Positions 27,001 to 36,114 of a stretch of 64,000 nucleotides of DNA are shown here, piece by piece. Source of the stretch: an uncultured Gammaproteobacteria bacterium (lineage in GTDB: Bacteria > Patescibacteriota > Patescibacteriia > SBBC01 > CAIJZX01); assembly GCA_964349465.1 (NCBI GenBank), contig CAYGGC010000006.1:1218-65217 (forward strand), written 5' to 3'. The stretch's first letter is position 1. Each line of letters starts with the position of its first letter. The notes beneath the pieces are model-generated. The model was not told where the DNA came from. It saw only the letters and a list, made by a program, of their open reading frames with translations, and did no database searches. The position numbers and the translations under genes are program-made.

Positions 27001-29190
27001 GTCATTTTTACCGGGACCGGATATGCTGAAGCAATTGGTCCAACGACGGTGATTGATCGTACGACGCGAGCGCTGACGATTGATCTCAAAACCGATAAGC
27101 CAACGTATAACCCTGGTGACCGTGTTCAGGTTTCGATTACGACGACTGACCCAAATGGTCGGGGGCAGGCGGCTCGCGTGAACCTCAAAGCTGTTGACGA
27201 GGCTTTACTCAGCTTGGCTTCGGCCGAAGATAGTTATTACGTACCGGGAAACATTTATAATCAGGTTGATGATGGGGTTCTCGGGAGCTATATCAGTCAC
27301 CAAGCTATTGAAAGTCGGGCCATGGCCGAAGGCGGCGGCGGCGGAGGGGATCGGGTTGATTTTAAAGACACCGCGGTCTTTACCGAAGTAACGACCGACG
27401 CGCAAGGTAAAGGGGTTTTCAGCTTTACGCTACCAGATAATTTGACTACCTGGAGACTGACCGCTCAAGGATTTACCGACGGCCTGCTTGCTGGCACAAC
27501 CCAATCTCCATTAGTGGTGTCCAAAGATCTATTCGTCGCGGTGCTGACCGAACCAGATCAAGTGAGTCGCGATAAGACGAGCGTTAGTGCTAGTGCATTT
27601 GGACGAAGCCTGACCGCGACGGATGAAGTTACCTATACTTTCTCCGTGCTTGACCAATCAGGTTCAGAGAAAGTGACTAAAGGAAAAGCTTTTGTCAGTA
27701 TTCTCTATCGCTTGCCGGAGCTGGCACCCGGTTCATATCGTGTTCGCGTGATGGCTGAAGCGAAAGGGCTAAAAGACGTCGTTGAGTTGCCAATTACGGT
27801 CTCCGCCTCCCGCCTACAGCGTCGGACGGTTAAGTCGGTTATGCTCCCGAGTGCGACACTGCCAACCTACAGTTCAACCGGGCGAACAGTCTTTCGATTT
27901 GATGACGCCGACCGAAACTTGGCGTATGAGACGCTGTGGAGTCTCGTCGGCGCAACGCATAATCGGCTCGATGATGTTGTCGCGAGCGAACTGGCTCAAC
28001 AGGTATTAGAAACCTCGATGAAAGAATCGATTGGGGGGGAGCCAAGTACCGTCCAACAATTTTTGACCGGTAAAGGTTTAGCGCTGTACCCGATTGGTAG
28101 CGAAAATCTTGAAGCCGGAGCGTTAGCCGCCGGCGCTGAAAGCTTCGTGGGCGCGCGCGAACAACTGCTGACCTGGTTCCGCACAACGCTTGATGATCCA
28201 AAGCAGAATACCGAACAGGTCACGCAAGCTCTGTACGGCTTGGCTCAGCTCGGTGAACCAGTCTTGCCAGAAATTCGAGCGCTCTTGGCTCAACAAGATG
28301 TGCCGGAACGTGATCAGATTACGTTGTTGTTAGCGCTGGAGACGCTTGGAGCCAGCGAAGAAGCTCGGCCTCGAACCCTCACGCTGCTCCAAAAATACGC
28401 CGAGTCTCAAGATCAGTATGTTCGGATACATCTAGGCGAATCTGATGACGAAAAAATTGTTAACAGCGCGCGATTCGCGATTTTGGCGGCTGGACTTGGA
28501 CTTGATGAGCGTTACGGATTACTTCGCTATGTTAACGCGTACCAACCGAAGGACACGCGGACAACCCTCGAACGGGCTCTAGCCACACAAACCTTGCTCC
28601 AACATACCTCAGCCACGACGGCGACCGTGACCTATGACTTTGATGGGAAAACCGCGACGGCGACGTTGACGGCTAACCAGCCACTCCTTCTTTCTGCCGA
28701 CCCAGTCCAGGTGAAGACGTTGGCGATTCAGAAAACGACCGGTCGGGTTTCCGTCCTCTCAACCTACCAAGAGCCGTTTGACATTACCACGGCCTCCCGC
28801 GAAGCACGACTCTCGTTAACGCGAACCTATCTGGTGAACGGAAAAAAGACGACGACCTTTGCGGTCGGGGATCTCGTCAGAGTTCAATTTACCTGGTCAA
28901 AAAAATCCGACGTGGTCGGTAAAAATTTCTCGATCACCGATCTTCTCCCAACCGGGCTACGCCCAGTCAGCAATCCGTGGGCCTACGACCGTTCCAATCT
29001 GCAAAACGCGCCCTACGCGATCGCGGGCCAACGAGTCAGTCTCTACGCCGGTGAAAAAAACTCCACCTTCTACTACTTAGCCCGAGCCAGCGCGCCAGGA
29101 CAGGCCGTGGCCGAGCCAGCGATTCTGCAGGCTTTCGATGCGCCAAGCAGTATTCAATACAGTAATGAAGCGGTGGTTGAAATTAAATAA
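24052..29190 (+). CDS. giant membrane protein: N-terminal anti-sigma-like cytoplasmic segment plus TM, fused to an alpha-2-macroglobulin-family ectodomain (thioester-less)
   Basis: It starts 4 nt after the sigma gene. About 75 cytoplasmic aa precede one transmembrane helix. The A2M hallmark block DRVDFKDTAVFTEV...FSFTLPDNLTTWRLTAQG and a TED-like region follow, with no CxEQ motif. Confidence 0.6.
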   Translation: MSQSPQRNPIDQTDDYLEWLAGRGEKEPQLDPADEDILKATRLLGTLREHDPRPALIPKIKHAVLATSQHVPTTPMPKPHRFTGLLLWKIASPAVAVAVVVVTVLLSQAAPAENHAGTNFKKKTVTPAVAAVVDLVATKEDVLGVDATTSFTLTAKEGKVTLAEVEKNFALQPAVEFLVSQKDDATFEVAPKEALKPGTVYAASYTAEPVEVDGVVQPRSYSWAYQVRSDFKIIGLLPRHQATGVSLSSGIEVTFSSAGVTADDFQKNFSIFPETLGRVEVHQRTLVFIPAKPLAEKTVYTVTVKKGLRPPQAETGLGADETFQFETTVKNEKDSETFYSSFFPSQLFETVRPNEPLVFGAGNNPYAGGAKPSASEFTIYQYKDLPTFISAIKAQEATRSMWAIYGSRGGTHAVDGLKKVGVYKTSSKDDVLTLGPGFSKGFYIADGGTGTSRAQIPFVVSTIGSYSMTTKTDALVWAHDLETKKPLTGATLTIPGTEVTVTLGADGVARFPTPFTADDGAYMPAIAVLTTGQVESPVLLNGTQYSGFGFKRYQASTDFWSYLSLDRSLYQPTDTVQFWGLLRRRDQPRPGETITARLVQRTFDSRYEEQTIAETTLTTSTSGTFIGSLALRGVPTNVSTVLEISIDGQTVLERYLNIETYRKPPFQIIIQPDQYAVLAGETVTYTISTKFFDGTPVPNTELREAYGAGTGKGIVTTNARGEATLKRKLELNSGSLALEPTDAQLQTITGSSYVQVYPAAVEMVTSTTLTGTTGTLTGTVYEVQPENITPSTTDIFADLRGPAKPNQVIAGSLKEIIYDKVKTGSHYDFLLKETVDDYQYNNREEEREAFSLTSAANGTFTKTFTLGAKSIYRVDLTTKDDKDREAVTSGYFWRSEYNNIYNQSQYSLTDVVQRDGSAAPTYGVGAEVTLELNRGGDVAAVPTEGSILYTLSQRGLRRYTVSTSSKFSFTFGEADTPSISSRAVIFTGTGYAEAIGPTTVIDRTTRALTIDLKTDKPTYNPGDRVQVSITTTDPNGRGQAARVNLKAVDEALLSLASAEDSYYVPGNIYNQVDDGVLGSYISHQAIESRAMAEGGGGGGDRVDFKDTAVFTEVTTDAQGKGVFSFTLPDNLTTWRLTAQGFTDGLLAGTTQSPLVVSKDLFVAVLTEPDQVSRDKTSVSASAFGRSLTATDEVTYTFSVLDQSGSEKVTKGKAFVSILYRLPELAPGSYRVRVMAEAKGLKDVVELPITVSASRLQRRTVKSVMLPSATLPTYSSTGRTVFRFDDADRNLAYETLWSLVGATHNRLDDVVASELAQQVLETSMKESIGGEPSTVQQFLTGKGLALYPIGSENLEAGALAAGAESFVGAREQLLTWFRTTLDDPKQNTEQVTQALYGLAQLGEPVLPEIRALLAQQDVPERDQITLLLALETLGASEEARPRTLTLLQKYAESQDQYVRIHLGESDDEKIVNSARFAILAAGLGLDERYGLLRYVNAYQPKDTRTTLERALATQTLLQHTSATTATVTYDFDGKTATATLTANQPLLLSADPVQVKTLAIQKTTGRVSVLSTYQEPFDITTASREARLSLTRTYLVNGKKTTTFAVGDLVRVQFTWSKKSDVVGKNFSITDLLPTGLRPVSNPWAYDRSNLQNAPYAIAGQRVSLYAGEKNSTFYYLARASAPGQAVAEPAILQAFDAPSSIQYSNEAVVEIK

Positions 29191-30070
29191 GATCGTCACG
29201 ATCTGGCTCATTGCCGGTAGCGCGGCCGCCGTCACAACGGCGGCCGCGCTTCGTCTCGATCGTCCAGACGCCGGACGCGAATTGGGTGAGTCAACCGCGT
29301 GGCGCGTGCCGGACAGTACGACAGCGGAGCTGACCCAAGCGTTTGCTGCGGCCAAACCATGGACTGATTTCTCTAACCGCGCTGTTCAGGCGGGTATTTT
29401 GCCGCACCATGGCCTCGTTGGTTCCCTGATGGCCGGGTGGGTTATGGGCGTACGAGCGCAACCAGCGCCACAGACAGTCGTGATACTTGGACCAGATCAT
29501 CACAACGCCGGCCGGGGCTATATGACGTCGGCGATGGTTGATTGGCAAACGCCGGATGGAGTGGTCGGGGTTGATCGGGCACTGGTCTCGACCTTGATGG
29601 AAAAGAATATGGTCGTTAATGATCCCGAATTGATTCAAGTTGAGCACGGAGTGTATACAGCGATTCCGTATATCCATCGCGCGTGGCCAGCGGCGAAGGT
29701 TGTGACAATCGCGATCAAAGGGGATGCCCGGCCAGATTGGATCGCGACATTGGCCGAGGAACTCGATCGCGCGCTCGGGCCGAATGACCTGGTCATAGCT
29801 ACGGTCGATTTTTCGCACTATACGACTGCGATTGATGCCTTACGAGCCGATGAAGAATCAGTCGCGGTTATTCGACGTGGCGACGTTGACGCGGCGCTGC
29901 GATTGCCCGTTGATTCACCGCCCGCAATTTCACTGATACTTGAATACGCCAAACGGCGATCGTTGGTTTATCGCCAGATCGCGCATACCACCTCGGCGCA
30001 ATTCACTGGGCAACTCGATGCCCAGTCGACGACCTCATATCTCTCAGCCTATTTCACTGCGGCGAAGTAA
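29165..30070 (+). CDS. MEMO1/AmmeMemoRadiSam-system-protein-B-like protein with N-terminal signal/TM
   Basis: The AGILPHHG...ILGPDHHNAG...FSHY motifs of the Memo family are present. Its start overlaps the end of the A2M gene. Confidence 0.65.
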   Translation: MKRWLKLNKIVTIWLIAGSAAAVTTAAALRLDRPDAGRELGESTAWRVPDSTTAELTQAFAAAKPWTDFSNRAVQAGILPHHGLVGSLMAGWVMGVRAQPAPQTVVILGPDHHNAGRGYMTSAMVDWQTPDGVVGVDRALVSTLMEKNMVVNDPELIQVEHGVYTAIPYIHRAWPAAKVVTIAIKGDARPDWIATLAEELDRALGPNDLVIATVDFSHYTTAIDALRADEESVAVIRRGDVDAALRLPVDSPPAISLILEYAKRRSLVYRQIAHTTSAQFTGQLDAQSTTSYLSAYFTAAK

Positions 30071-30083
30071 TCTCGAGGCGGGT

Positions 30084-31133
30084 TTATGACCTCAGACCCA
30101 TTTTTTGCTGCACTTCCAGGAGTGTCGCTTCGGCCATAGCGGTTGCTTTCAAGTTACCCTCACGGATAACACGATCGACGAGTGCTGGGTCGGCTTGGAG
30201 CTCGGCGCGGCGGGCCCGAAACGTGGCAAAATGGTTGGCAATGATGTCCGCCAGGGCTGGTTTAAATTCAGCAAATTTCAGTTCTCCTGTTTCGGCGAGC
30301 GTGTCCCAGTGGGCGATTTCTTCGGTCGTGCCCAGTGCAAGGAGAATAGTGAATAGGTTTCGGACGCCGTGATATTGCTTCTGTAAATTTTCGTCACCCT
30401 TCCATTCGCGGTCGGTCGCTTTCTCACCAGCTTGCGCTGCTTTCATGGCTTCGCGGACGACGCGGGGTTCGGAGCTGGAAACGGCTTTTTTGATCTTGGC
30501 GTGAATCACTTCGGGTTCATCGCCGATATTGATCCCGTTCTTTTCGCTCTTACTCATTTTCACTTCCGGATTGTCCATCGACATAATCCGTTTGCCCGAG
30601 GCGAGAAAAGCTTTTGGTTCCGGGAAGGTTTGACCATAGATGCGATTGAATTTCTTCGCTGTGTCACGGGCTAACTCAACGTGTTGAGCTTGGTCTTCAC
30701 CGACCGGTACTGCTTCGGGTTTGTAGAGAAGAATATCGGCCGATTGCAAAATCGGATAATTTAGAATACCCGCGGTAATACTTTCGCCATATTTCTGCGA
30801 CCATTCTTTAAACTGCACCATCCGTTGGAGTTCGCCGAATGGTGTCAGGGTATTGAAGAGCCACATCAGCTGGGTGTGCGCGGCGATATGGGACTGAATG
30901 AAAATTGTCGCCTTCGCTGGATCGAGACCGAGGGCGAGATAATCAATCACCGTATTCCGGACGAGGGCCGGAAGTTCCTTCGGATCAAACGGGGTCGTGA
31001 TGGCGTGGAGGTCGGCCACCATATAAAAGACCTCATGGTCTTTTTGGAGATCAATCCATTGTTTGATCGCACCAAGGTAATGACCAAGGTGGAGGTCGCC
31101 GCTGGGGCGGATACCGGAGAGAATGCGTGACAT
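30084..31133 (-). CDS. trpS: tryptophan--tRNA ligase
   Basis: HIGH-like motif (SGDLHLGH) and KMSKS, matching TrpS. Confidence 0.85.
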   Translation of the reverse strand: MSRILSGIRPSGDLHLGHYLGAIKQWIDLQKDHEVFYMVADLHAITTPFDPKELPALVRNTVIDYLALGLDPAKATIFIQSHIAAHTQLMWLFNTLTPFGELQRMVQFKEWSQKYGESITAGILNYPILQSADILLYKPEAVPVGEDQAQHVELARDTAKKFNRIYGQTFPEPKAFLASGKRIMSMDNPEVKMSKSEKNGINIGDEPEVIHAKIKKAVSSSEPRVVREAMKAAQAGEKATDREWKGDENLQKQYHGVRNLFTILLALGTTEEIAHWDTLAETGELKFAEFKPALADIIANHFATFRARRAELQADPALVDRVIREGNLKATAMAEATLLEVQQKMGLRS

Positions 31134-31176
31134 ATACGGATAGTGTAGCACACGGGCCCGTTCGGGCCCGGGTAAG

Positions 31177-32943
31177 TTAGGCGTCGATAATAACCGGGAG
31201 AATCAGCGGCTGACGCTGGGTCTTCGTAAAGATGAATTTTTCTAAGGTTCGGCGGAGTTTATCGCGCAGGTCCTTCTCGTCAGGTTTGAGTCGTGGCTCG
31301 CGATCACTTAACGCTTTTTTGGATTGACTAATGAGCTCACCGATGAAGCGACCCTGTTCTTTCATGTGTGTCAGACCGCGGGAGATCACGTCCACCTTGC
31401 CGACTTTGCCGGTTTTGGCGTTGATCTGCGCGACGATGATGACCATGCCGTCACCCGCGAGTTGTTTACGGTCCCGAAGAACCAGTGCGTTAACGTCACC
31501 AATTCCCAAACCGTCGACGAAAATATATTCGATCGGAATGCGTTTGTTGGTCACGAAGGCTTGGTTGTTTGCCACTTCAACGGTCTGGCCGTTATCGGCA
31601 ATCAAAACATTCTTGTCGGGAATGCCAGCGCCGACCGCAATTTTTTTATTCTCCAAGAGTGAACCGTAGTTACCCTCGATCGGCATGAAGTATTTCGGCT
31701 TGATCAGTCGAATAAAATCGGCGATGTCTTCTTGTTTGGCGTGACCGCCGGCGTGAATATCTAGCATTTTCGAGTCGATGATCGACGCACCTTCACGCAG
31801 GAGTCCGTCCTTGAGGCGGGTGACCGCACGATCGTTACCCGGGATGACGGAGGACGAGAAGACGACCAGGTCGCCGCGTTCAATCCGGAGATATTTATGC
31901 TCGCGGTTCGCGATGCGCATCAAGACCGCGTTATCTTCGCCTTGGGCGCCGGTACAGAGGATGAGGTAGCGATTGGCCGGAAGTTTCTTCGCTTCTTCCC
32001 AGGTTACAATCGTGTTTGGCTTCACCCGAATGTACCCGAGTTGTTTTCCAATTTCGATATTCGTGCGCATCGAAAAACCTTCAACCAGTACTTTTCGGTT
32101 GTGCTTTTCGGCGGCACTGAGGACTTGCTGGACGCGGGAGAGGAGGGAGGCAAAGGTCGCGACAATCATCCGGCCCGGCGTGTTGGTGAACATCAGCTCA
32201 ACGTTTTTTTCGACTTCTTCTTCCGAGACTTGATGGCCTGGCGCGTACGAGTTCGTCGAGTCGCACATGAGGACGGTAATATTTTTCTGACCGAGGGTTT
32301 GGATAAAGTCGATATCCGTCCGGTTGTTGATATGCGCGTGAGCATCAAGCTTAAAGTCGCCGGTATGGACGACGCTGCCGCCCGGGGTTTCAATCACGAC
32401 GCCCATGCTGCCAGGAATATTGTGCGACAGACTGAAAAATTCAATCCGAAAGGCACCGAGGCGAATGCGCTGGCGACTGCGGATCGGGTTGAGGCGCAGA
32501 TGTTTTTCTGGCGCGACATCTTCCATCTTTTTCTTCAACATCGCGCAGGTCAGATCCGAAGAATAGATCGGCGGGTTGCCGAGTTTCGGGATCCAGTGGG
32601 GGACGCCACCGGTGTGGTCGTAGTGACCGTGGGTAATAATCACCCCACGAATCATTTTTTCCTTCCCCTTGAGCGAATTGAGGTCGGGGATAATATAATC
32701 GACGCCTGGCATATCTTCCTCTGGCCATTGCAGCCCGAGGTCGATCAACAACAGTTCCTTGTTGTATTCCAACAGGGTACAGTTTCGTCCGCCGGTTTCT
32801 TCGTTACCGCCGATCGGGGTGATCCGGAGAACGTTGTGGTGCTCACTCGGAGCCCGTTCGCCCTCTTTTGGTTTAGGTTCGGGCCGGCGGGTATACCGCG
32901 GTCCGTCTGGTCGGCGCATGCGCGCCTTTGGCCGTTTAGCCAT
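31177..32943 (-). CDS. rnj: ribonuclease J
   Basis: Metallo-beta-lactamase motif ITHGHYDHTGG plus beta-CASP and a C-terminal domain. It has a basic N-terminal extension. Confidence 0.85.
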   Translation of the reverse strand: MAKRPKARMRRPDGPRYTRRPEPKPKEGERAPSEHHNVLRITPIGGNEETGGRNCTLLEYNKELLLIDLGLQWPEEDMPGVDYIIPDLNSLKGKEKMIRGVIITHGHYDHTGGVPHWIPKLGNPPIYSSDLTCAMLKKKMEDVAPEKHLRLNPIRSRQRIRLGAFRIEFFSLSHNIPGSMGVVIETPGGSVVHTGDFKLDAHAHINNRTDIDFIQTLGQKNITVLMCDSTNSYAPGHQVSEEEVEKNVELMFTNTPGRMIVATFASLLSRVQQVLSAAEKHNRKVLVEGFSMRTNIEIGKQLGYIRVKPNTIVTWEEAKKLPANRYLILCTGAQGEDNAVLMRIANREHKYLRIERGDLVVFSSSVIPGNDRAVTRLKDGLLREGASIIDSKMLDIHAGGHAKQEDIADFIRLIKPKYFMPIEGNYGSLLENKKIAVGAGIPDKNVLIADNGQTVEVANNQAFVTNKRIPIEYIFVDGLGIGDVNALVLRDRKQLAGDGMVIIVAQINAKTGKVGKVDVISRGLTHMKEQGRFIGELISQSKKALSDREPRLKPDEKDLRDKLRRTLEKFIFTKTQRQPLILPVIIDA

Positions 32944-33221
32944 AGTTTTCTATTGCGTGCAGTTCTCTCGCTTACGCTCGGGACGCTACGCGTTCTGGTT
33001 CTCGAGAAACGTTATTGCAGCCGTTACTGAACCACTAATAATTTTTTTCTTTGACTAGGCGCACCTAGTCTCGAATGCGTTTCCCGTGGTCCTTCAACCC
33101 TTCGACTAGCGCAGGGCTCAGGACACAGGATCACGCGCAATGATGTAACCCCCGAAGGGCAACGTCGCTGCGTGCGATGTCTAGATAACGGAAACCAGTA
33201 TAGCGGAAAACCTCCCAGGTG

Positions 33222-33899
33222 TCAAGATGCCGCGAGTGACCGGACTAATTCAGCGGTAATTTTTTCATGAGCTTCAACAATCAGAGTGGCTGGATAGTCG
33301 GGGTGTAGGGCGGCAAGATGGGCCTGGACATAGCCAATGCATTTCATGCCGGCTCGTTGAGCGGCTAGCATGCCATTGACGCCATCTTCAATCACGACGC
33401 ATTCTTCTGGCTTCGAACCAAGTCGCTGCGCGGCGAGCAGAAAAACATCTGGTGCCGGTTTTCCGTTGGTAACCTCCTCGCCGCTCGTCAGCGTCGTCAT
33501 CGCATCGCGGATGCCCAGCTCGTCCACGACTATCTTGATAAATTCCGGAATCGACGCTGAGGCGACACCAAGCTTAAAGCCCGCCCGATGTAGTCTATGG
33601 ACAGTTTCAACCGCGCCAGGGACGGCCGTAACGTTTCCGCGGGCTTGGGCTAAAAACGGTTTCCATTTTTCTTGAGCGACTTTTTGTAGATCGACGACTT
33701 TTCCGGCCTCTCGAAAAACGGTTCCGTAGAATTCGTGATCTGAATACCCGGCAAAGCGTCGGGTAATTTCTTCTGGGCTCAAGCTAATACCATACTGCTT
33801 CAACAGTGCTGATTCAGCTAGGGCATGCAAATGCTGAGTGTCTGATAAAACACCGTCCATGTCGAAAATAATGGTCGTGATGTTTATAGTGTCGTGCAT
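33222..33899 (-). CDS. HAD-IA family hydrolase (beta-phosphoglucomutase-like)
   Basis: Motif I (IIFDMDGVLSDT) and the DGVNG motif. Confidence 0.75.
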   Translation of the reverse strand: MHDTINITTIIFDMDGVLSDTQHLHALAESALLKQYGISLSPEEITRRFAGYSDHEFYGTVFREAGKVVDLQKVAQEKWKPFLAQARGNVTAVPGAVETVHRLHRAGFKLGVASASIPEFIKIVVDELGIRDAMTTLTSGEEVTNGKPAPDVFLLAAQRLGSKPEECVVIEDGVNGMLAAQRAGMKCIGYVQAHLAALHPDYPATLIVEAHEKITAELVRSLAAS

Positions 33900-33904
33900 A
33901 GGTG

Positions 33905-33991
33905 TGGTGCCCAGAAGAGGACTCGAACCTCCAATCCCTTGCGGGAACTAGCTCCTGAAGCTAGCGCGTATACCAATTCCGCCATCTGGGC
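33905..33991 (-). tRNA. tRNA-Leu(CAG)
   Basis: A manual fold gives a 7-bp acceptor stem, anticodon loop UUCAGGA, a long variable arm, T-loop GGUUCGAGUCC and an encoded CCA. Confidence 0.8.
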
Positions 33992-34000
33992 AAATTGTTC

Positions 34001-35818
34001 TTATTTCCAGGAGAGTCTACGCTTTACGTACCAATTGTCAACGTCGAGCCAACGGTCGGCTCCAGCCACCAACCGCGTGGCGGTGATGCCGCGCAGTGAT
34101 TTCGGATGGGCGTAGAGGTATTCTGATTGATAAAGGAAAATCGCTGGCACTTCGTCGGCCAGGATATTTTGGAAATCAAGATAGTCGGACCGACGCTGGT
34201 CAAGCGATGTTGTTACGCGACCATCCTGTAAATCTTCGTCGATTTTTTTGTTAAAGAAAACAGCGAGGTTAAAGCCCGGATCTCGCTGTTGGCTGGAGTG
34301 CCAGAAGAGATACGGGTCGGCATCGGCTTCATAGCGCTGACCAAACAGGAGCGCCTCGTAATTTCGGGGGCGGATGATGTCCCGCTGAATTTCGCTCGCC
34401 TGGGTTGGTTTGATTTCGATTTGCGCCCCAATAGCTCGCCAATGAGCAACTAAGCGCTCGGCGATCGCCCGGGAGGTTGGTTCATCGACATACGCAAAGG
34501 TAAAAGTCAGTTGCTGAGCACCTTTCTGTCGAATGCCCTGATCATTCTTTTTCCAACCGGCGTCCTCTAGAATTTTTTCAGCAGCGACGGGATTGTAGTC
34601 AAAGCGCTTCAGAAATTCGTTATACCCGAGCGTCCCGGGGAGAATTGGGCCAACGATCGGCTTGGCGTATCCATGAACAACGTCAGCGATGATGGGATCA
34701 CGGTCAACCGCTGTGGCCAGTGCTTGTCGGACCTCTTTTACTTTCAGGGCCGGATTCTTCCCTTGGTTGAAGAAAACCGCGGTGAGCTGGGAGATCGGCC
34801 AGGCGGTAATTGATTGCTGTTTTGTTACGTCATCGGCGTCGCTGAGTGTAATATTTCCAAGCGTGTCAATTGACTTGGTCGAGAGCGCTTCCATCGCTTG
34901 TGGCTGATCGGGGTAAAATTTCACGATCACTTTATCGAGGTACGGCGCGTCGTGATGATAGTTTTTATTTCGGATGAAGGTATAACTTCGAATGGTGCCG
35001 TTGCGGTCCTTCGTTAAACTTTGAAAACGGAACGGGCCATTACTAATCGTCGGCTTTGTATTTAGTTCAGCCAAGGCGAAGGTTTGTGGCGCGGTATCAA
35101 TCCACGCGTGAGCCGGGAGGAGACCAGTGGTCAGGAGGGACGGAAAACTATTGGCTGCGGCTGGCAGGGTAAAGACCGTCGTCAGATCATCCGGCGCCGT
35201 GACGGTTATCCCACGCAGAGCGGGGGCTAATGGACTCTTGTAGCTGGCATCAATGATGGTTTCAAACGTGAAGACCACGTCTTGGCTGGTGATGGCTTCA
35301 TCGTCAGACCAGCGGAGGTTAGGCCGGAGCTTGATCGTGTAGGTTTTGCCGTCAGACGACGTGACGAGACTGGCGGCGAGGTCGGGGATGATATGACCGT
35401 TGCGATCAATCGTCAGGAGACCGCGATACGTCAAACGGGTTAAGAGTTCGTCGATCGTGCTGGTCCGTGCGAGGACGGGGTTGATGTATTGCGGCGTGCC
35501 AATCAAGCCCTCAGTTAACGTTCCGCCGCTCGCCGGCAAGAACCCAACGTGCATGATAACTTGTTGGACAATGATCGTAGCTAAGGCAAGACCGCCGATG
35601 CCTATCCACGTACGAATCCAGCGGCGATCGCGATTTTCCAGAATGCGCGGTAAAAAACGCAATTGTTTCGTGCTCGGAATCCGTGAAGGCGATAACGAAA
35701 AAACCAGATCATGGTCAGCCGCGACGACGTCAGTCGGTTTGTTCCTACGCCAAGGACGCCAACTGATCAGCCGGCGGGAGAGTGTCGACCAGGAAAATTT
35801 CAATCTACCGATACGCAT
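34001..35818 (-). CDS. family-5 solute-binding protein (oligopeptide/nickel SBP-like), N-terminally membrane-anchored
   Basis: SBP_bac_5-like sequence throughout. The start is uncertain because the longest ORF overlaps secG. Confidence 0.55.
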   Translation of the reverse strand: MRIGRLKFSWSTLSRRLISWRPWRRNKPTDVVAADHDLVFSLSPSRIPSTKQLRFLPRILENRDRRWIRTWIGIGGLALATIIVQQVIMHVGFLPASGGTLTEGLIGTPQYINPVLARTSTIDELLTRLTYRGLLTIDRNGHIIPDLAASLVTSSDGKTYTIKLRPNLRWSDDEAITSQDVVFTFETIIDASYKSPLAPALRGITVTAPDDLTTVFTLPAAANSFPSLLTTGLLPAHAWIDTAPQTFALAELNTKPTISNGPFRFQSLTKDRNGTIRSYTFIRNKNYHHDAPYLDKVIVKFYPDQPQAMEALSTKSIDTLGNITLSDADDVTKQQSITAWPISQLTAVFFNQGKNPALKVKEVRQALATAVDRDPIIADVVHGYAKPIVGPILPGTLGYNEFLKRFDYNPVAAEKILEDAGWKKNDQGIRQKGAQQLTFTFAYVDEPTSRAIAERLVAHWRAIGAQIEIKPTQASEIQRDIIRPRNYEALLFGQRYEADADPYLFWHSSQQRDPGFNLAVFFNKKIDEDLQDGRVTTSLDQRRSDYLDFQNILADEVPAIFLYQSEYLYAHPKSLRGITATRLVAGADRWLDVDNWYVKRRLSWK

Positions 35819-36032
35819 TGAAGATGGCCACGACGAAGAACAAAGCCGCGATAACAATCGTCGCCATAAAAATCACTTTTTCTGCCCCGCGTTTTGAACG
35901 ATAGACGTTATCCGCGCCGCCGAAAACGCCGGACAGTCCGGCCCCTTTTGATTGAATAAGAATCAGTCCCATCAAAAGAACCGCCAGGACAACCTGGGCG
36001 ATGGGAATTGTGCGGTCAAGCCATGCGGGCAT
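35805..36032 (-). CDS. secG: preprotein translocase subunit SecG
   Basis: 75 aa with two transmembrane helices and a Gly-rich loop (SKGAGLSGVFGG). Confidence 0.75.
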   Translation of the reverse strand: MPAWLDRTIPIAQVVLAVLLMGLILIQSKGAGLSGVFGGADNVYRSKRGAEKVIFMATIVIAALFFVVAIFNAYR

Positions 36033-36114
36033 AGGAGGGGAAAAACGGGTGAATCAATTCTTGATGAACCGTGCCAGAATACCATATCACCACCGATTCG
36101 TCAATGAGTTTTGT

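Noticed and set aside
31897-33030. 377-aa plus-strand ORF opposite RNase J.
   Set aside because: It lies entirely antisense to a confidently identified rnj gene and has a low-complexity Arg/Val-rich product, typical of GC-rich antisense frames.
33000-33221. Possible promoter TTGACT at ~33050 and a long rnj 5' leader with hairpins.
   Set aside because: The -10 element is poor and there is no downstream plus-strand gene. The region is most simply the autoregulated 5' UTR of rnj, and it is not reported as a feature.
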